Both the position numbers and the translations under genes were made by a program. Shown here one piece after another: positions 17,534 to 27,161 of a stretch of 31,290 nucleotides of DNA; the first letter of the stretch is position 1, and every line of letters begins with the position of its first letter. Source of the stretch: an uncultured Fibrobacterales bacterium (GTDB lineage Bacteria; Fibrobacterota; Fibrobacteria; Fibrobacterales; CAWVXU01); contig CAWVXU010000024.1 in NCBI GenBank assembly GCA_963934255.1, positions 1 through 31,290 of the forward strand. The letters are read 5' to 3'. The notes under the pieces were generated by a model that was not told where the DNA came from, did not search any database, and saw nothing but the letters and a program-made list of their open reading frames with translations.

Positions 17534-17562
17534 TATGACTATAATATTTTATTTAAGTCATA
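17534..17562. promoter_or_regulatory. Palindrome overlapping a TATAAT hexamer upstream of the lipoprotein gene
   Basis: TATGACTATAAT-ATTTT-ATTTAAGTCATA, arms 10/12 complementary. TATAAT at 17540-17545. Confidence 0.35.
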
Positions 17563-17604
17563 TGTTATTGTGGTCTGTATTTAAAGTGAGATGTAGGTAT
17601 CTAA

Positions 17605-18063
17605 ATGGTATTCGTTAAATTTTTATTCCAAATATCAATCATCCTACTTTTAGTAGGTTGTTCTTATAATGGGAATCCTAAAAGTAAAGAAATAATTGCG
17701 ATTGATGAGCTCACCCCAAAGAAAATTGACCAATTTTATAAAAAAATGAAATCAAATTACTCCATGAAATGCGTTAAGCCAATCATTGAGCAAAATATTG
17801 GCGACTCAAATTGCGGCAGCAGGCTCTTTCAATTAGTTGAACGCAGATATGGATTGAGCTATAAACCTGTTGATCTAAATCGAGAAGCTTATACACTTTT
17901 TGAGCCTGTCGTCATAAGCAAGCTTAAAAATCTTTTGAAAAAGGAACCCCATTTAAAAAACCAACTTAAGAAAAATTTTGATAACCCTGGTCAACTACTT
18001 ATTGCCCTTAAGACAATTCACTTAAGTGAAGATAACGGCTTTTATGAGTTTATTAAACCTTGA
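17605..18063 (+). CDS. Hypothetical lipoprotein
   Basis: Signal peptide with lipobox LVGC. AGGT SD. Lys-rich, with two further Cys. Confidence 0.75.
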   Translation: MVFVKFLFQISIILLLVGCSYNGNPKSKEIIAIDELTPKKIDQFYKKMKSNYSMKCVKPIIEQNIGDSNCGSRLFQLVERRYGLSYKPVDLNREAYTLFEPVVISKLKNLLKKEPHLKNQLKKNFDNPGQLLIALKTIHLSEDNGFYEFIKP

Positions 18064-18420
18064 CCTTGAATTGAATTTTTTATGATTTGATTATTAGTAG
18101 AAACTGTTGGCTCAATTTTTACTTCCTGTATGAATAATTGTCGCAATCTGTCCTATCCTTTTACGATCAATCTGTAACTCAAAATAAATCGAAACTAACC
18201 TTTACTATATACATAGGCTTTTAAATTGCTCGATAAATTATCGTGTACAAGGCCTGGTAGAAGGTCCTAATTTCTAATTATTTTGACACTAATTCTTTGC
18301 ACTATAAAGCTGTTTTCCATATAAACGTAACTAGGTGAACTGCTTTATCTCATAAACTAAATGACCCTATTTAAATACTCTGTTTGATATTCTTAATCTT
18401 GGGTCAAATTTTCTAAGTAT

Positions 18421-18455
18421 AAAAAAAAAGCCAAACTCATAGAGCTTGGCTTTTT
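18421..18455 (-). terminator. Rho-independent terminator of the ribosomal superoperon (possibly bidirectional)
   Basis: Minus strand GCCAAGCTC-TAT-GAGTTTGGC followed by T9, about 20 nt after the rplQ stop. A T5 tail is present on the plus strand. Confidence 0.9.
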
Positions 18456-18473
18456 AATTTCAAGTAAACTTGG

Positions 18474-18899
18474 TTAAGCTTCAGTAACTTCAGCTACTTC
18501 TTCTTGAACAGCAACATCACTTTCAACTAACTGGATTAATGCCATTTCGGCATTGTCACCATGACGGTTGTCTGTGAGTTTGATGATACGAGTATAGCCA
18601 CCTTGACGATCAGCATAACGAGGTCCAATTTCTGCGAAAAGTTGTTGTAGAACTTCAGCTTCATTTACAAACTTCGCTGCTTGACGACGAGAAGAAAGGT
18701 CACCTTTTTTTGCGTAGGTGATCAATCTCTCAACAAGAGAGCGTACAGCTTTTGCTTTTTGTACAGTAGTTCGGACAGAGCGATCTACTTGCTCTTCAGC
18801 TAATCCTTGTTTAAGGATTGAAATAGAAAGATTACGAAGCATCGCTTTACGATGTGACGCATTTCTTCCTAGTTTTGATTTTTTTACACCGTGTCTCAT
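18474..18899 (-). CDS. rplQ: 50S ribosomal protein L17
   Basis: MRHG..KLGRNASHRKAMLRNL, 'RQGGYTRI', 'GDNAEMA'. Confidence 0.98.
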   Translation of the reverse strand: MRHGVKKSKLGRNASHRKAMLRNLSISILKQGLAEEQVDRSVRTTVQKAKAVRSLVERLITYAKKGDLSSRRQAAKFVNEAEVLQQLFAEIGPRYADRQGGYTRIIKLTDNRHGDNAEMALIQLVESDVAVQEEVAEVTEA

Positions 18900-18907
18900 T
18901 ATATTCC

Positions 18908-19885
18908 CTATTGATTTTCTAGATATTCATCGACATTCATGCCGAAAGAAAGTCCCATTGAAGACAATACTTCGTTTAGTTCAACTAATGACTTACGTCC
19001 AAAGTTTTTGTACTTCAACATCTCAGCTTCTTTGTTACGTACAAGCTCTCCAATAGTGTGGATGTTGGCCATACGTAAACAGTTCGAGGAACGAACAGAT
19101 AATTCAAGTTCATCAACACGCATGCGAAGAAGATTGCTAATACGCTGTTTCTCTTCATCGTGTATGATTTCTTCTGCAGAATCTAAGTCACCTTCAAAGT
19201 TGATAAACAACTCAAAATGGTCAACAAGAAGTTTTGCAGCATAAGCCATTGCATCTTCAGGATTAATTGATCCATCAGTCCAAATTTCAAGCTCAAGGCG
19301 ATTAAAATCTGTACGTTGACCTACACGAGTATCTGCAACATGAAAAGCAACTTTAGTAACAGGTGAGAAGTTTGCGTCTATAGCAATTGCACCAATAGGA
19401 GCAGTCTCATCTTTTAAATCGTCAGCAATCACATAACCTCGACCATCAATAACCTTCATTTCAATGCTAAGTGAAGCATTTCCAGCAAGTGTAGCGATGT
19501 GTAGATCTGTATTAAGGATCTCAACGTTTGCATTTTCCTCGATATTGGCTGCAGTTACTGCACCTTCACCAGAGACATCTAAACGAATGTATTCGATGTT
19601 ATCTGATAATAACTTAACTCGTAATTGTTTTAAGTTAAGGATGATATCAGTGACATCTTCTTTAACACCTTCAATTGTAGCGTATTCATGCTCAACACTT
19701 TCAATACGCACCTGTGTAACAGCTGCCCCTTGTAGTGATGATAAAAGTACGCGACGCATGGCATTACCAACAGTAATACCCCAACCACGTTCAAAGGCTT
19801 CTAAAACAAACTTACCATATAATCCGTCACCCGAGAGTTGCTCGCGACGAATTTCTTTTGGCATTTGGAGAGCTTTCCACTTCAT
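18908..19885 (-). CDS. rpoA: RNA polymerase alpha subunit
   Basis: 'ERGWGITVGNAMRRVLLSS', 'GVKEDV', 'LELSVRSSNCL', 'NFGRKSL'. Confidence 0.99.
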   Translation of the reverse strand: MKWKALQMPKEIRREQLSGDGLYGKFVLEAFERGWGITVGNAMRRVLLSSLQGAAVTQVRIESVEHEYATIEGVKEDVTDIILNLKQLRVKLLSDNIEYIRLDVSGEGAVTAANIEENANVEILNTDLHIATLAGNASLSIEMKVIDGRGYVIADDLKDETAPIGAIAIDANFSPVTKVAFHVADTRVGQRTDFNRLELEIWTDGSINPEDAMAYAAKLLVDHFELFINFEGDLDSAEEIIHDEEKQRISNLLRMRVDELELSVRSSNCLRMANIHTIGELVRNKEAEMLKYKNFGRKSLVELNEVLSSMGLSFGMNVDEYLENQ

Positions 19886-19956
19886 TTATTATTTCCTCGT
19901 TTACATCGCAAGAACATTCAATCGATTATCATAGAGAATGCTGCAAGTACGACTAA

Positions 19957-20418
19957 TTAAACTCGACGTTTTTTCTTAGGACGGCAACCATTATGTGGAA
20001 TACCCGTCACGTCACGAATTGTAAGAACTTCAAGACCTGCATTTTTTAATGCACGAACTGCAGACTCACGACCAGAACCAGCACCTTTGACGCGAACGTC
20101 AACTTTGCGCATTCCAAGCTCGAAAGCAGTGCGAGCAGCTTCTTCAGAAGCTAACTGTGCAGCAAATGGAGTACTCTTACGTGAACCCTTGAATCCTGCT
20201 TTACCTGGGGTTCCCCAAGAAACAACATTGCCACGGCTATCAGTAATACTAATGATTGTATTATTAAAAGTAGCTTTGACCGTAACAGCACCATGAAGGT
20301 CTGTACGCTTTTTGCCCCTTTTTACTTTAATTACTTCTTCAGTCACAACTGCAGTTTCAACAACTGCTGGAGTTTCTGGAGCTTTTACGTTTTCTACGTT
20401 TTCTACTACTTCAGACAC
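19957..20418 (-). CDS. rpsK: 30S ribosomal protein S11 (N-terminally extended)
   Basis: 'ATFNNTII', '[14 protein letters not shown]', '[14 protein letters not shown]'. GTG start with GAGG SD. Confidence 0.98.
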   Translation of the reverse strand: MSEVVENVENVKAPETPAVVETAVVTEEVIKVKRGKKRTDLHGAVTVKATFNNTIISITDSRGNVVSWGTPGKAGFKGSRKSTPFAAQLASEEAARTAFELGMRKVDVRVKGAGSGRESAVRALKNAGLEVLTIRDVTGIPHNGCRPKKKRRV

Positions 20419-20427
20419 AGTTAACCT

Positions 20428-20796
20428 CTATTTCTTCTTCCCGGGTACTGTCTTAGCAGGACCTTTACGTGTACGGGCGTTTGTTTTGGTTTTCTGTCCG
20501 CGAACTGGTAATCCACGACGATGACGTAATCCACGATATGATTGAATTTCGATCAAACGTTTGATATTCAAACTAATTTGAGTGCGAAGTTGTCCTTCAA
20601 TCGTGTATCCCTCTTCCAGAACGCGACGGATCTTACTGATTTGGTCATCAGTAAGGTCAATTACTTTCATGCGAGGATCAAAATCGAGTAATGCGCAAAT
20701 TGCGCGAGAGTTTGATAACCCGATCCCATATATAGCTGTTAAGCCATATTCCAGAGCTTTGTTTTTCGGTAAGTCAATACCAGCAATACGTGCCAT
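20428..20796 (-). CDS. rpsM: 30S ribosomal protein S13
   Basis: MARIAGIDLP, 'YRGLRHRRGLPVRGQKTKTNARTRKGP'. Confidence 0.99.
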   Translation of the reverse strand: MARIAGIDLPKNKALEYGLTAIYGIGLSNSRAICALLDFDPRMKVIDLTDDQISKIRRVLEEGYTIEGQLRTQISLNIKRLIEIQSYRGLRHRRGLPVRGQKTKTNARTRKGPAKTVPGKKK

Positions 20797-20801
20797 TTTA
20801 A

Positions 20802-20918
20802 TTATCCCTGTTTCTGTTTGTGTCTAGGGTTTTTAGAACAAATCACACGAAGTGTGCCTTTGCGCTTAACTAATTTACAATGATCGCATCTAGGTTTAAC
20901 GGATGCTTTAACTTTCAT
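20802..20918 (-). CDS. rpmJ: 50S ribosomal protein L36 (zinc-binding C+ type), not in the ORF track
   Basis: Manual translation [38 protein letters not shown]. Confidence 0.98.
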   Translation of the reverse strand: MKVKASVKPRCDHCKLVKRKGTLRVICSKNPRHKQKQG

Positions 20919-20930
20919 ATTCTTTAACCT

Positions 20931-21149
20931 CTATTTGAAGCGGTAAGTGATTCTGCCTCGCGACAAATCGTACGGCGACAATTCAACTAAAACCTTGTCA
21001 TCTGGCAAGATTCGGATATAGTGTTTACGCATTTTACCTGAAATATGAGCCAACACTGGGTGACCATTTTCAAGTGCAACTTTAAACATTGCGTTAGGCA
21101 ATGCGTCTGTTACTGTGCCCTCAACTTGTATTCCATCTTCTTTAGCCAT
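20931..21149 (-). CDS. infA: Translation initiation factor IF-1
   Basis: [39 protein letters not shown]. Confidence 0.99.
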   Translation of the reverse strand: MAKEDGIQVEGTVTDALPNAMFKVALENGHPVLAHISGKMRKHYIRILPDDKVLVELSPYDLSRGRITYRFK

Positions 21150-22498
21150 TAACTAGCATTTCTCCCACGAATACGACCCTTTTTCAAGAATCCATCGTAA
21201 TTTTTAGTATGTAACTGTGCCTCTAATTGGCGTAATGTATCGAGGGCTACGCCCACGACAATCAAAACACTAGTGCCGCCAATATAAAAGGACATTCCCA
21301 AGGCGTCTTTCAAATGCAATGGACCTACCGAAATTAATGCTAGGAACAATGAACCTGGAAGTGTGATACGAGTCAAGACTCGATCAATAAATTCCGCAGT
21401 GGCCCGCCCTGGACGTACACCTGGAATAAAGCTACCATTTTTCTTCAAGTTATCAGCGATATCTGAAGGATTATATTGGATCGCTGTGTAAAAATAAGCG
21501 AAAAATATAATCAATAGAGCCATTATTAATGAATAAACCCAATGTCCAGGAGTAAAAGCAGCCAAAAAACTCTGTGCAAAGGAATATTCGGACAACATTT
21601 GTCCCAACATGCCCGGCAAGAACATAATTGATGATGCGAAGATCACTGGAATAACACCAGCCGTATTAACTTTGAAAGGTAGAAAGCCGGCTTGACCTGA
21701 AGCTAATTGACTACCTTGAGTTTGACGTGGACTTTGTAATGGAATGCGTCTTGTACCTTGTTCAACGAAAACGATGAAGGTAATGATAGCAATGACGGTA
21801 CTTATTATTATTACTTCCATAGGAAGTTTCTTATCTCCAGACAAGAATTGTTCAAACTCACCCCATGCTGTTGCTGGAACAGTTGAAATAATACCGATAA
21901 AAATTATTAAGGAGATACCGTTGCCAAGGCCACGGTTGTTAATCTGTTCACCTAACCACATAATGAAAATAGTACCAGTGGTCATAGTCAGGACAGTCAG
22001 TGCTTTAAAGCCCCAAATACCCATAGGTGAACTGAAGTGTTCTAGTATAACTTGTGCTTCACCCATACCGGTATTAACCTTCATAGTGACTAGCCAAGTT
22101 GCGATACCATAGGATTGCAATACTGAAATTAAAACCGTTAAATATCTAGTCCACTGGTTAATCTTTGCTCGTCCTTCAGCGCCCTCTTTTTGAAGTTGTT
22201 GAACTGACGGAACAACAGATCCCATAAGCTGGATAATAATACTTGCAGATATATAAGGCATGATGCCTATGGCAAAGATAGTAGCCTTTTGAAACGCACC
22301 GCCCGTAAAGGCATCATACATTCCAAATAGGTTATTATTGTTTTGTGCAAAATATTGAGCAAGTACCGCAGTGTTCACACCAGGAGTTGTGATGTGACCA
22401 CCCAAACGATAAATAATTAGTATGCCAAGCGTGAAGAGGATCTTCGTACGAAGATCCTTCATCTTAAGGGCATTTGCAAAACCAGAGAGTGCCTGCAT
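21149..22498 (-). CDS. secY: Preprotein translocase SecY
   Basis: '[11 protein letters not shown]', '[16 protein letters not shown]', 'AGVIPVIFA', 'IPGVRPG', '[11 protein letters not shown]'. Confidence 0.99.
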   Translation of the reverse strand: MQALSGFANALKMKDLRTKILFTLGILIIYRLGGHITTPGVNTAVLAQYFAQNNNNLFGMYDAFTGGAFQKATIFAIGIMPYISASIIIQLMGSVVPSVQQLQKEGAEGRAKINQWTRYLTVLISVLQSYGIATWLVTMKVNTGMGEAQVILEHFSSPMGIWGFKALTVLTMTTGTIFIMWLGEQINNRGLGNGISLIIFIGIISTVPATAWGEFEQFLSGDKKLPMEVIIISTVIAIITFIVFVEQGTRRIPLQSPRQTQGSQLASGQAGFLPFKVNTAGVIPVIFASSIMFLPGMLGQMLSEYSFAQSFLAAFTPGHWVYSLIMALLIIFFAYFYTAIQYNPSDIADNLKKNGSFIPGVRPGRATAEFIDRVLTRITLPGSLFLALISVGPLHLKDALGMSFYIGGTSVLIVVGVALDTLRQLEAQLHTKNYDGFLKKGRIRGRNAS

Positions 22499-22938
22499 TA
22501 GACAATCTCCGCTTTTCCGCCAGCAGCCTCAATAGCAACCTTTGCTTTTTCAGAAAAAGCACTCGCGCTTATATTGATTGTCTTAGAAAGAGTCCCAAAT
22601 GCAAGAATTTTAACTGGGTGTTTAACAGTCTTAATAAGACCATTAGCAGCTAGAACATCAGCATTGATTTCTGTTTCGGATAACAATTCAATTTTTGACA
22701 AGTTAACAATTTGCATATTGCGTTCAAATTTAGAGCTGAACCCACGTTTAGGAACTGAACGCCATAACGGAAAGTTACCACCTTCAAGAGCCACGCGACC
22801 TTTGTTAGAACTCTTACGAGCGCCAGCACCCTTTTGTCCACGACCAGCAGTTTTTCCGTTACCAGAACCATTGCCTCGGCCTTTACGCTTGCCAACTTTG
22901 TTAGAACCTTTTGCAGGTGCAAGTGTATTTAGTTGCAT
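22498..22938 (-). CDS. rplO: 50S ribosomal protein L15
   Basis: 'GRGNGSGNGKTAGRGQKG', 'PKRGF', 'IEAAGG'. Confidence 0.98.
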   Translation of the reverse strand: MQLNTLAPAKGSNKVGKRKGRGNGSGNGKTAGRGQKGAGARKSSNKGRVALEGGNFPLWRSVPKRGFSSKFERNMQIVNLSKIELLSETEINADVLAANGLIKTVKHPVKILAFGTLSKTINISASAFSEKAKVAIEAAGGKAEIV

Positions 22939-22939
22939 C

Positions 22940-23119
22940 TTAAATATCCTCCACAGTTACCATGTGAGAAACTACACGAATCATCCCCTCAATTTGAGGA
23001 GTTAAATCTTGCTCAACTGTCCAATTGATTTTTCCCAAACCAAGTGCTTTGATAGTAGCGACTTGCTTTGGTAAACGACCAGAAAGACCTTTTTTTTGTG
23101 TAATTTTTACTTGTGACAT
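22940..23119 (-). CDS. rpmD: 50S ribosomal protein L30, not in the ORF track
   Basis: Manual translation [59 protein letters not shown], between rpsE and rplO. Confidence 0.97.
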   Translation of the reverse strand: MSQVKITQKKGLSGRLPKQVATIKALGLGKINWTVEQDLTPQIEGMIRVVSHMVTVEDI

Positions 23120-23604
23120 TATTTACCTCCATTACGGTGCTTGACAAACTCAGCAAGCGTGCGCTGAGATGTTAAACCTTCGAGTGTCGCCTGAACAACA
23201 TTACGAGGGTTTGTAGAGCCGTAAGTTTTAGTAAGAATATCAGTCACACCTGCTAGTTCAAGAACTGCACGTGCTGATGCACCAGAGATAACACCAGTAC
23301 CAGGCGAAGCTGGTCTCAACATTACTTTTGTTGCACTGAACTTAATCTCCGTTTCGTGAGGAATAGTTCCATTACGAAGAGTTACAGTTTTGATATCTTT
23401 GTGTGCTGCTTCAGTTGCTTTTCGAATTGCTTCAGCAACTTCTTTTGCTTTACCAGAACCAAAACCAACTTTACCGTTTTTATTTCCGACTACAACGATT
23501 GCTGCGAAAGAAAAGCGACGTCCACCTTTAACTACTTTAGAGTTACGGTTTATCGCTACTACGCGTTCTTCGAATTCGGATGTTGTTTTTTCAAAATCAG
23601 CCAT
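23119..23604 (-). CDS. rpsE: 30S ribosomal protein S5
   Basis: '[18 protein letters not shown]', 'GKAKEV', 'PASPGTGVI'. Confidence 0.99.
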   Translation of the reverse strand: MADFEKTTSEFEERVVAINRNSKVVKGGRRFSFAAIVVVGNKNGKVGFGSGKAKEVAEAIRKATEAAHKDIKTVTLRNGTIPHETEIKFSATKVMLRPASPGTGVISGASARAVLELAGVTDILTKTYGSTNPRNVVQATLEGLTSQRTLAEFVKHRNGGK

Positions 23605-23607
23605 AAT

Positions 23608-23979
23608 TTAGAACTCCAGTCCTGCTTGACGTGCGCCATCTGCAACCGCTTTAACACGGCCGTGGTAAATATAACCACCACGATCAAATACGACTTGGTT
23701 AATCCCTATTTCCTTAGTTTTCTCTGCAATTAATGCACCCACTTTTCCGCCCTGTTCAGTGCGAGAAAGAGATCCAAATTGTTCTTTGAATTCTTTAGAA
23801 TTTGTGCTTACCTGCGCAAGAGATGCACCACTTACATCATCAATCACCTGAACAATAATGTTCTTTAGTGATCGACGAACACAAAGTCGTGGTCTCTCAG
23901 CAGTACCATTTATTTTTCCTCGTATGCGTGTGTGACGCTTTGCACGAGCTGCGATACGTTTTTTTGCGATATCAGCCAT
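23608..23979 (-). CDS. rplR: 50S ribosomal protein L18
   Basis: 'GTAERPRL', '[22 protein letters not shown]'. Confidence 0.99.
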   Translation of the reverse strand: MADIAKKRIAARAKRHTRIRGKINGTAERPRLCVRRSLKNIIVQVIDDVSGASLAQVSTNSKEFKEQFGSLSRTEQGGKVGALIAEKTKEIGINQVVFDRGGYIYHGRVKAVADGARQAGLEF

Positions 23980-23996
23980 AAACTACCTGCCCAACC

Positions 23997-24536
23997 TTAT
24001 TTACCTGTACGTTTACCTTGTTTGCGACGAACTTGTTCCCCAGCATATAGTATTCCTTTACCTTTGTAAGGTTCAGGTTTACGCCATTTGCGGATTTCAG
24101 CTGCCACTTGACCTACTGCTTGCTTATCAGCACCAGTAATCTTGATTTTTGTTTGACCATCAGCCTTGAGCTCTATTCCCGCAGGAGAAGCTATTGGTAC
24201 ATGATGTGAGTATCCAAGGATAAGATTTAAGTCTTTACCTTTTTGCTCTACACGATAACCAACACCTACAAGTTCTAGGTTGATTTCAAAACCTTCAGTT
24301 ACACCCTTAACCATGTTGTTTGCAATAGAACGCATGGTCCCATGAATCGAACGATGGAACGGAGAGTCAGAAGGTCGTGTGAATACGATTTCATTTTCTA
24401 CAATTGCACATGCTACATCAGCATGTACTTCTTGAGACAACTTACCTTTAGGACCTTCAACATTCAGAGTAGACCCTGAAAGTGAAGCTTTAACGCCAGA
24501 AGGAAGTGCAACAGGATTTTTACCTATACGTGACAT
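23997..24536 (-). CDS. rplF: 50S ribosomal protein L6
   Basis: True start MSRIGK at 24536. 'GVGYR', 'PEPYKGKGI'. Confidence 0.98.
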   Translation of the reverse strand: MSRIGKNPVALPSGVKASLSGSTLNVEGPKGKLSQEVHADVACAIVENEIVFTRPSDSPFHRSIHGTMRSIANNMVKGVTEGFEINLELVGVGYRVEQKGKDLNLILGYSHHVPIASPAGIELKADGQTKIKITGADKQAVGQVAAEIRKWRKPEPYKGKGILYAGEQVRRKQGKRTGK

Positions 24537-24546
24537 ACTTCTTCCC

Positions 24547-24942
24547 TTACCAAATCTTACAAAGTAACTCGCCACCAACATTTTGTTGACGACATTCGTT
24601 ATCTGTTAGAATCCCTTTGGATGTTGATACTAAAGCAAATCCTAGTCCCGAAAGTATACGAGGCATGTTCTTCGCTGATGCATATTTACGTGCACCAGGA
24701 GTCGACAAACGTTCGATACCTTGGATTGTAGGTTCACCATCATTATAGTTCAAAAGAACTTTTATAGTTCCTTGACCATTATCTTGCACTACTACGTACT
24801 TCTTGATGAAGTTAAAACGTTGAAATACATCTAACACTTGACGCTTCAAGTTTGAAGCTGGAATATCAACCGTCGGTTTATTTGCGGCGATTGCATTCCG
24901 AATGCGTGTAAGCATGTCTGCTACTGGATCTGATACTGCCAT
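24547..24942 (-). CDS. rpsH: 30S ribosomal protein S8
   Basis: 'DPVADMLTRIRNA', 'STSKGILT', 'VGGELLC'. Confidence 0.99.
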   Translation of the reverse strand: MAVSDPVADMLTRIRNAIAANKPTVDIPASNLKRQVLDVFQRFNFIKKYVVVQDNGQGTIKVLLNYNDGEPTIQGIERLSTPGARKYASAKNMPRILSGLGFALVSTSKGILTDNECRQQNVGGELLCKIW

Positions 24943-24955
24943 TTCGAAATTCTCC

Positions 24956-25141
24956 TTACCAACTTGACTTAGTTACACCAGGGATATCCCCAGCTAACGC
25001 CATTTCTCTAAAACAAATACGACAGAGTCCAAATTTACGCATGTAACCACGAGGGCGGCCACAGCGACGACATCTGTTATAAGATTGCACTGCAAATTTA
25101 GGTGTTCGTTTTTGCTTTTCGACCATTGCACGTTTTGCCAT
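24956..25141 (-). CDS. rpsZ: 30S ribosomal protein S14, type Z (zinc-binding)
   Basis: 61 aa, '[24 protein letters not shown]', ends in SSW. Confidence 0.98.
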   Translation of the reverse strand: MAKRAMVEKQKRTPKFAVQSYNRCRRCGRPRGYMRKFGLCRICFREMALAGDIPGVTKSSW

Positions 25142-25150
25142 TATCTCACC

Positions 25151-25690
25151 TTACTTTCTAAATGGAAGTCCAAGAGAGGATAGTAGTGCGCGACCCTGCT
25201 CGTCATTGACTGCAGATGTTACGAAACTAATGTCCATACCAATTTGACGTTTAATTTTTTCGTAATCGATTTCAATAAATACAGATTGATCCTTAAGACC
25301 CATTGTATAATTACCACGACCGTCGAAACCTTTTTTCGGAATACCACGGAAGTCACGAACACGAGGAAGTGTGATATTAACAAATCTCGTTAAGAATTCC
25401 CACATACGATCGCCACTTAAAGTGACTTTAGCACCGATGTTGATTCCTTCGCGCAATTTGAAATTAGAGATCGCTGTCTTAGCCTTAGTTGGAATCGCCT
25501 TTTGACCAGTGATCAAAGTTAGAGTTTCCAGAGCTTCGTCAACAAGCCTTTGGTTTTGAGTTGCTTCGCCCATACCAATATTCATAACGATTTTAGTCAA
25601 GGTTGGAACCTGCATAATGTTGCCAAGTCCTAATTCTTCTTTAAGCGCTGAACGGATTTCTTTATTGTATTTCTCTTTAAGAATACTCAT
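25151..25690 (-). CDS. rplE: 50S ribosomal protein L5
   Basis: 'ITGQKA', 'FKLREG', 'LPRVRDFRG', 'FDGRGNY'. Confidence 0.99.
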   Translation of the reverse strand: MSILKEKYNKEIRSALKEELGLGNIMQVPTLTKIVMNIGMGEATQNQRLVDEALETLTLITGQKAIPTKAKTAISNFKLREGINIGAKVTLSGDRMWEFLTRFVNITLPRVRDFRGIPKKGFDGRGNYTMGLKDQSVFIEIDYEKIKRQIGMDISFVTSAVNDEQGRALLSSLGLPFRK

Positions 25691-25692
25691 AA

Positions 25693-25923
25693 TTAGTTCC
25701 CTTCCTTGACTAAAGTGACATTTGACACGTGTATAGCAGCTTCTTCTTCAACAATTCCACCCTGTTGGTTGGTTTGTGAAGGCTTCTGGTGTTTCTTAAC
25801 AATATTAACACCTTCCACAACTACCTTATCACTTGCTTTAATCGCTTTTAGTACAACGCCAGTCTCATTTTTAGCTTTGCCAGTCAATACTTTAACAGTA
25901 TCACCTTTTTTAATAGCAGCCAT
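25693..25923 (-). CDS. rplX: 50S ribosomal protein L24 (short form)
   Basis: KOW '[13 protein letters not shown]', '[13 protein letters not shown]', 'IHVSNV'. Confidence 0.97.
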   Translation of the reverse strand: MAAIKKGDTVKVLTGKAKNETGVVLKAIKASDKVVVEGVNIVKKHQKPSQTNQQGGIVEEEAAIHVSNVTLVKEGN

Positions 25924-26292
25924 TTATAGTACCTCAGGAGCCAATGAAACGATTTTCATGAACTGTTTTTCGCGAAGCTCGCGAGCAACAGGTCCAAAAA
26001 TACGCGTTCCACGTGGATCTTTGTTGTCGTTGATAACTACGGCAGCATTATCAGAAAAACGTATTGAAGAGCCATCGGCGCGATTCACTTCTTTTACAGT
26101 GCGAACCACAACAGCTTTCTGTACGCTTCCTTTTTTAATGCGTCCACCCGGAATCGCAGATTTAACTGCGACGGTTATTATATCACCTACTGTTGCGAAT
26201 CTACGTCCGGAACCGCCGAGGACTTTGATACATTGTACCTCTTTTGCCCCGCTGTTATCCGCAACCACTAGTCTTGTTTCTTGCTGAATCAT
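25924..26292 (-). CDS. rplN: 50S ribosomal protein L14
   Basis: True start MIQQET at 26292. 'VADNSGAK', '[13 protein letters not shown]', 'SLAPEVL'. Confidence 0.99.
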   Translation of the reverse strand: MIQQETRLVVADNSGAKEVQCIKVLGGSGRRFATVGDIITVAVKSAIPGGRIKKGSVQKAVVVRTVKEVNRADGSSIRFSDNAAVVINDNKDPRGTRIFGPVARELREKQFMKIVSLAPEVL

Positions 26293-26299
26293 GTATAAC

Positions 26300-26548
26300 C
26301 TACTTGGCCTTTGCAATAATTCGTGAAAGTCTCCAGCGCTTAGTTGCGCTTAGGGGACGTGTCTCTATGATTTCTACTAAGTCACCTTCACCGGCTTCAT
26401 TTTTTTCATCATGTGTTTTATACTTCTTCGAAGTTGTGATGAATTTAGAATACATCTCGTGTTTTTTACGAGATTCAACGGATACAACTACTGTTTTATC
26501 CATTTTGTCACTAGTAACGATGCCCTGTCTGATTTTTCTGTTGTTCAT
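26300..26548 (-). CDS. rpsQ: 30S ribosomal protein S17
   Basis: '[10 protein letters not shown]', 'HDEKN', '[11 protein letters not shown]'. Confidence 0.99.
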   Translation of the reverse strand: MNNRKIRQGIVTSDKMDKTVVVSVESRKKHEMYSKFITTSKKYKTHDEKNEAGEGDLVEIIETRPLSATKRWRLSRIIAKAK

Positions 26549-26562
26549 TTGAGCCTTTCCTG

Positions 26563-26748
26563 CTACGCTTTCTCAACTAGAATAGTTTTGATGCGAGCAA
26601 TATCTTTTCGAAGACCTTTGATAACACCAGGGTTTTCAAGGGTTCCCAAGCTCTTGTTAAACTTAGCGTTAAACAATTCAAGATTTAACTCTTTAACTTT
26701 TTCATTTAGTTGATCTACAGATAGGTCTCTTATTTCAGCAGTTTTCAT
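26563..26748 (-). CDS. rpmC: 50S ribosomal protein L29
   Basis: 'LENP...RKDIARIKT', in the canonical position. Confidence 0.97.
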   Translation of the reverse strand: MKTAEIRDLSVDQLNEKVKELNLELFNAKFNKSLGTLENPGVIKGLRKDIARIKTILVEKA

Positions 26749-27161
26749 TAGAACTCCTCCGCTTCAATGATTTTGACCTTGATTGGGAGTTTTTGAGCCG
26801 CAACACGAAGAGCTTCATGCGCGATTACTTTATTAACACCACCAATTTCGAACATTATACGACCCGGTTTAACAACCGCGACCCAACCCTCTAAATTACC
26901 TTTACCTTTACCCATACGAGTTTCAGCAGCTTTTCGAGTGTAAGGGCGATCAGGGAAAATACGAATCCATACTTTACCTTTACGAGCCATTTTACGTGTC
27001 ATAGCAATACGACACGCTTCAATGTGACGGTTAGATATCCATTTTGGTTCAAGTGCTTGTAAAGCATATTCCCCAAAAGCGATAACATCTCCACCTTTTG
27101 CGCGGCCTCTCATAGAGCCACGCATCACATTACGATGTCTAATTCTTTTTGGACTTAACAT
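26748..27161 (-). CDS. rplP: 50S ribosomal protein L16
   Basis: MLSPKR, 'WIRIFPD', 'RMGKGKG'. Confidence 0.99.
   Translation of the reverse strand: MLSPKRIRHRNVMRGSMRGRAKGGDVIAFGEYALQALEPKWISNRHIEACRIAMTRKMARKGKVWIRIFPDRPYTRKAAETRMGKGKGNLEGWVAVVKPGRIMFEIGGVNKVIAHEALRVAAQKLPIKVKIIEAEEF

Noticed and set aside
14641..17544. Direct repeat TATGACTATAA at 14641 and 17534 flanking uvrC plus the IS relic
   Set aside because: An 11-bp AT-rich match is expected by chance. uvrC is a core gene and no integrase is present.
18231..18243. Palindrome CGATAA-A-TTATCG, Fur-box-like
   Set aside because: Does not fit the 7-1-7 Fur geometry and lies between convergent genes.
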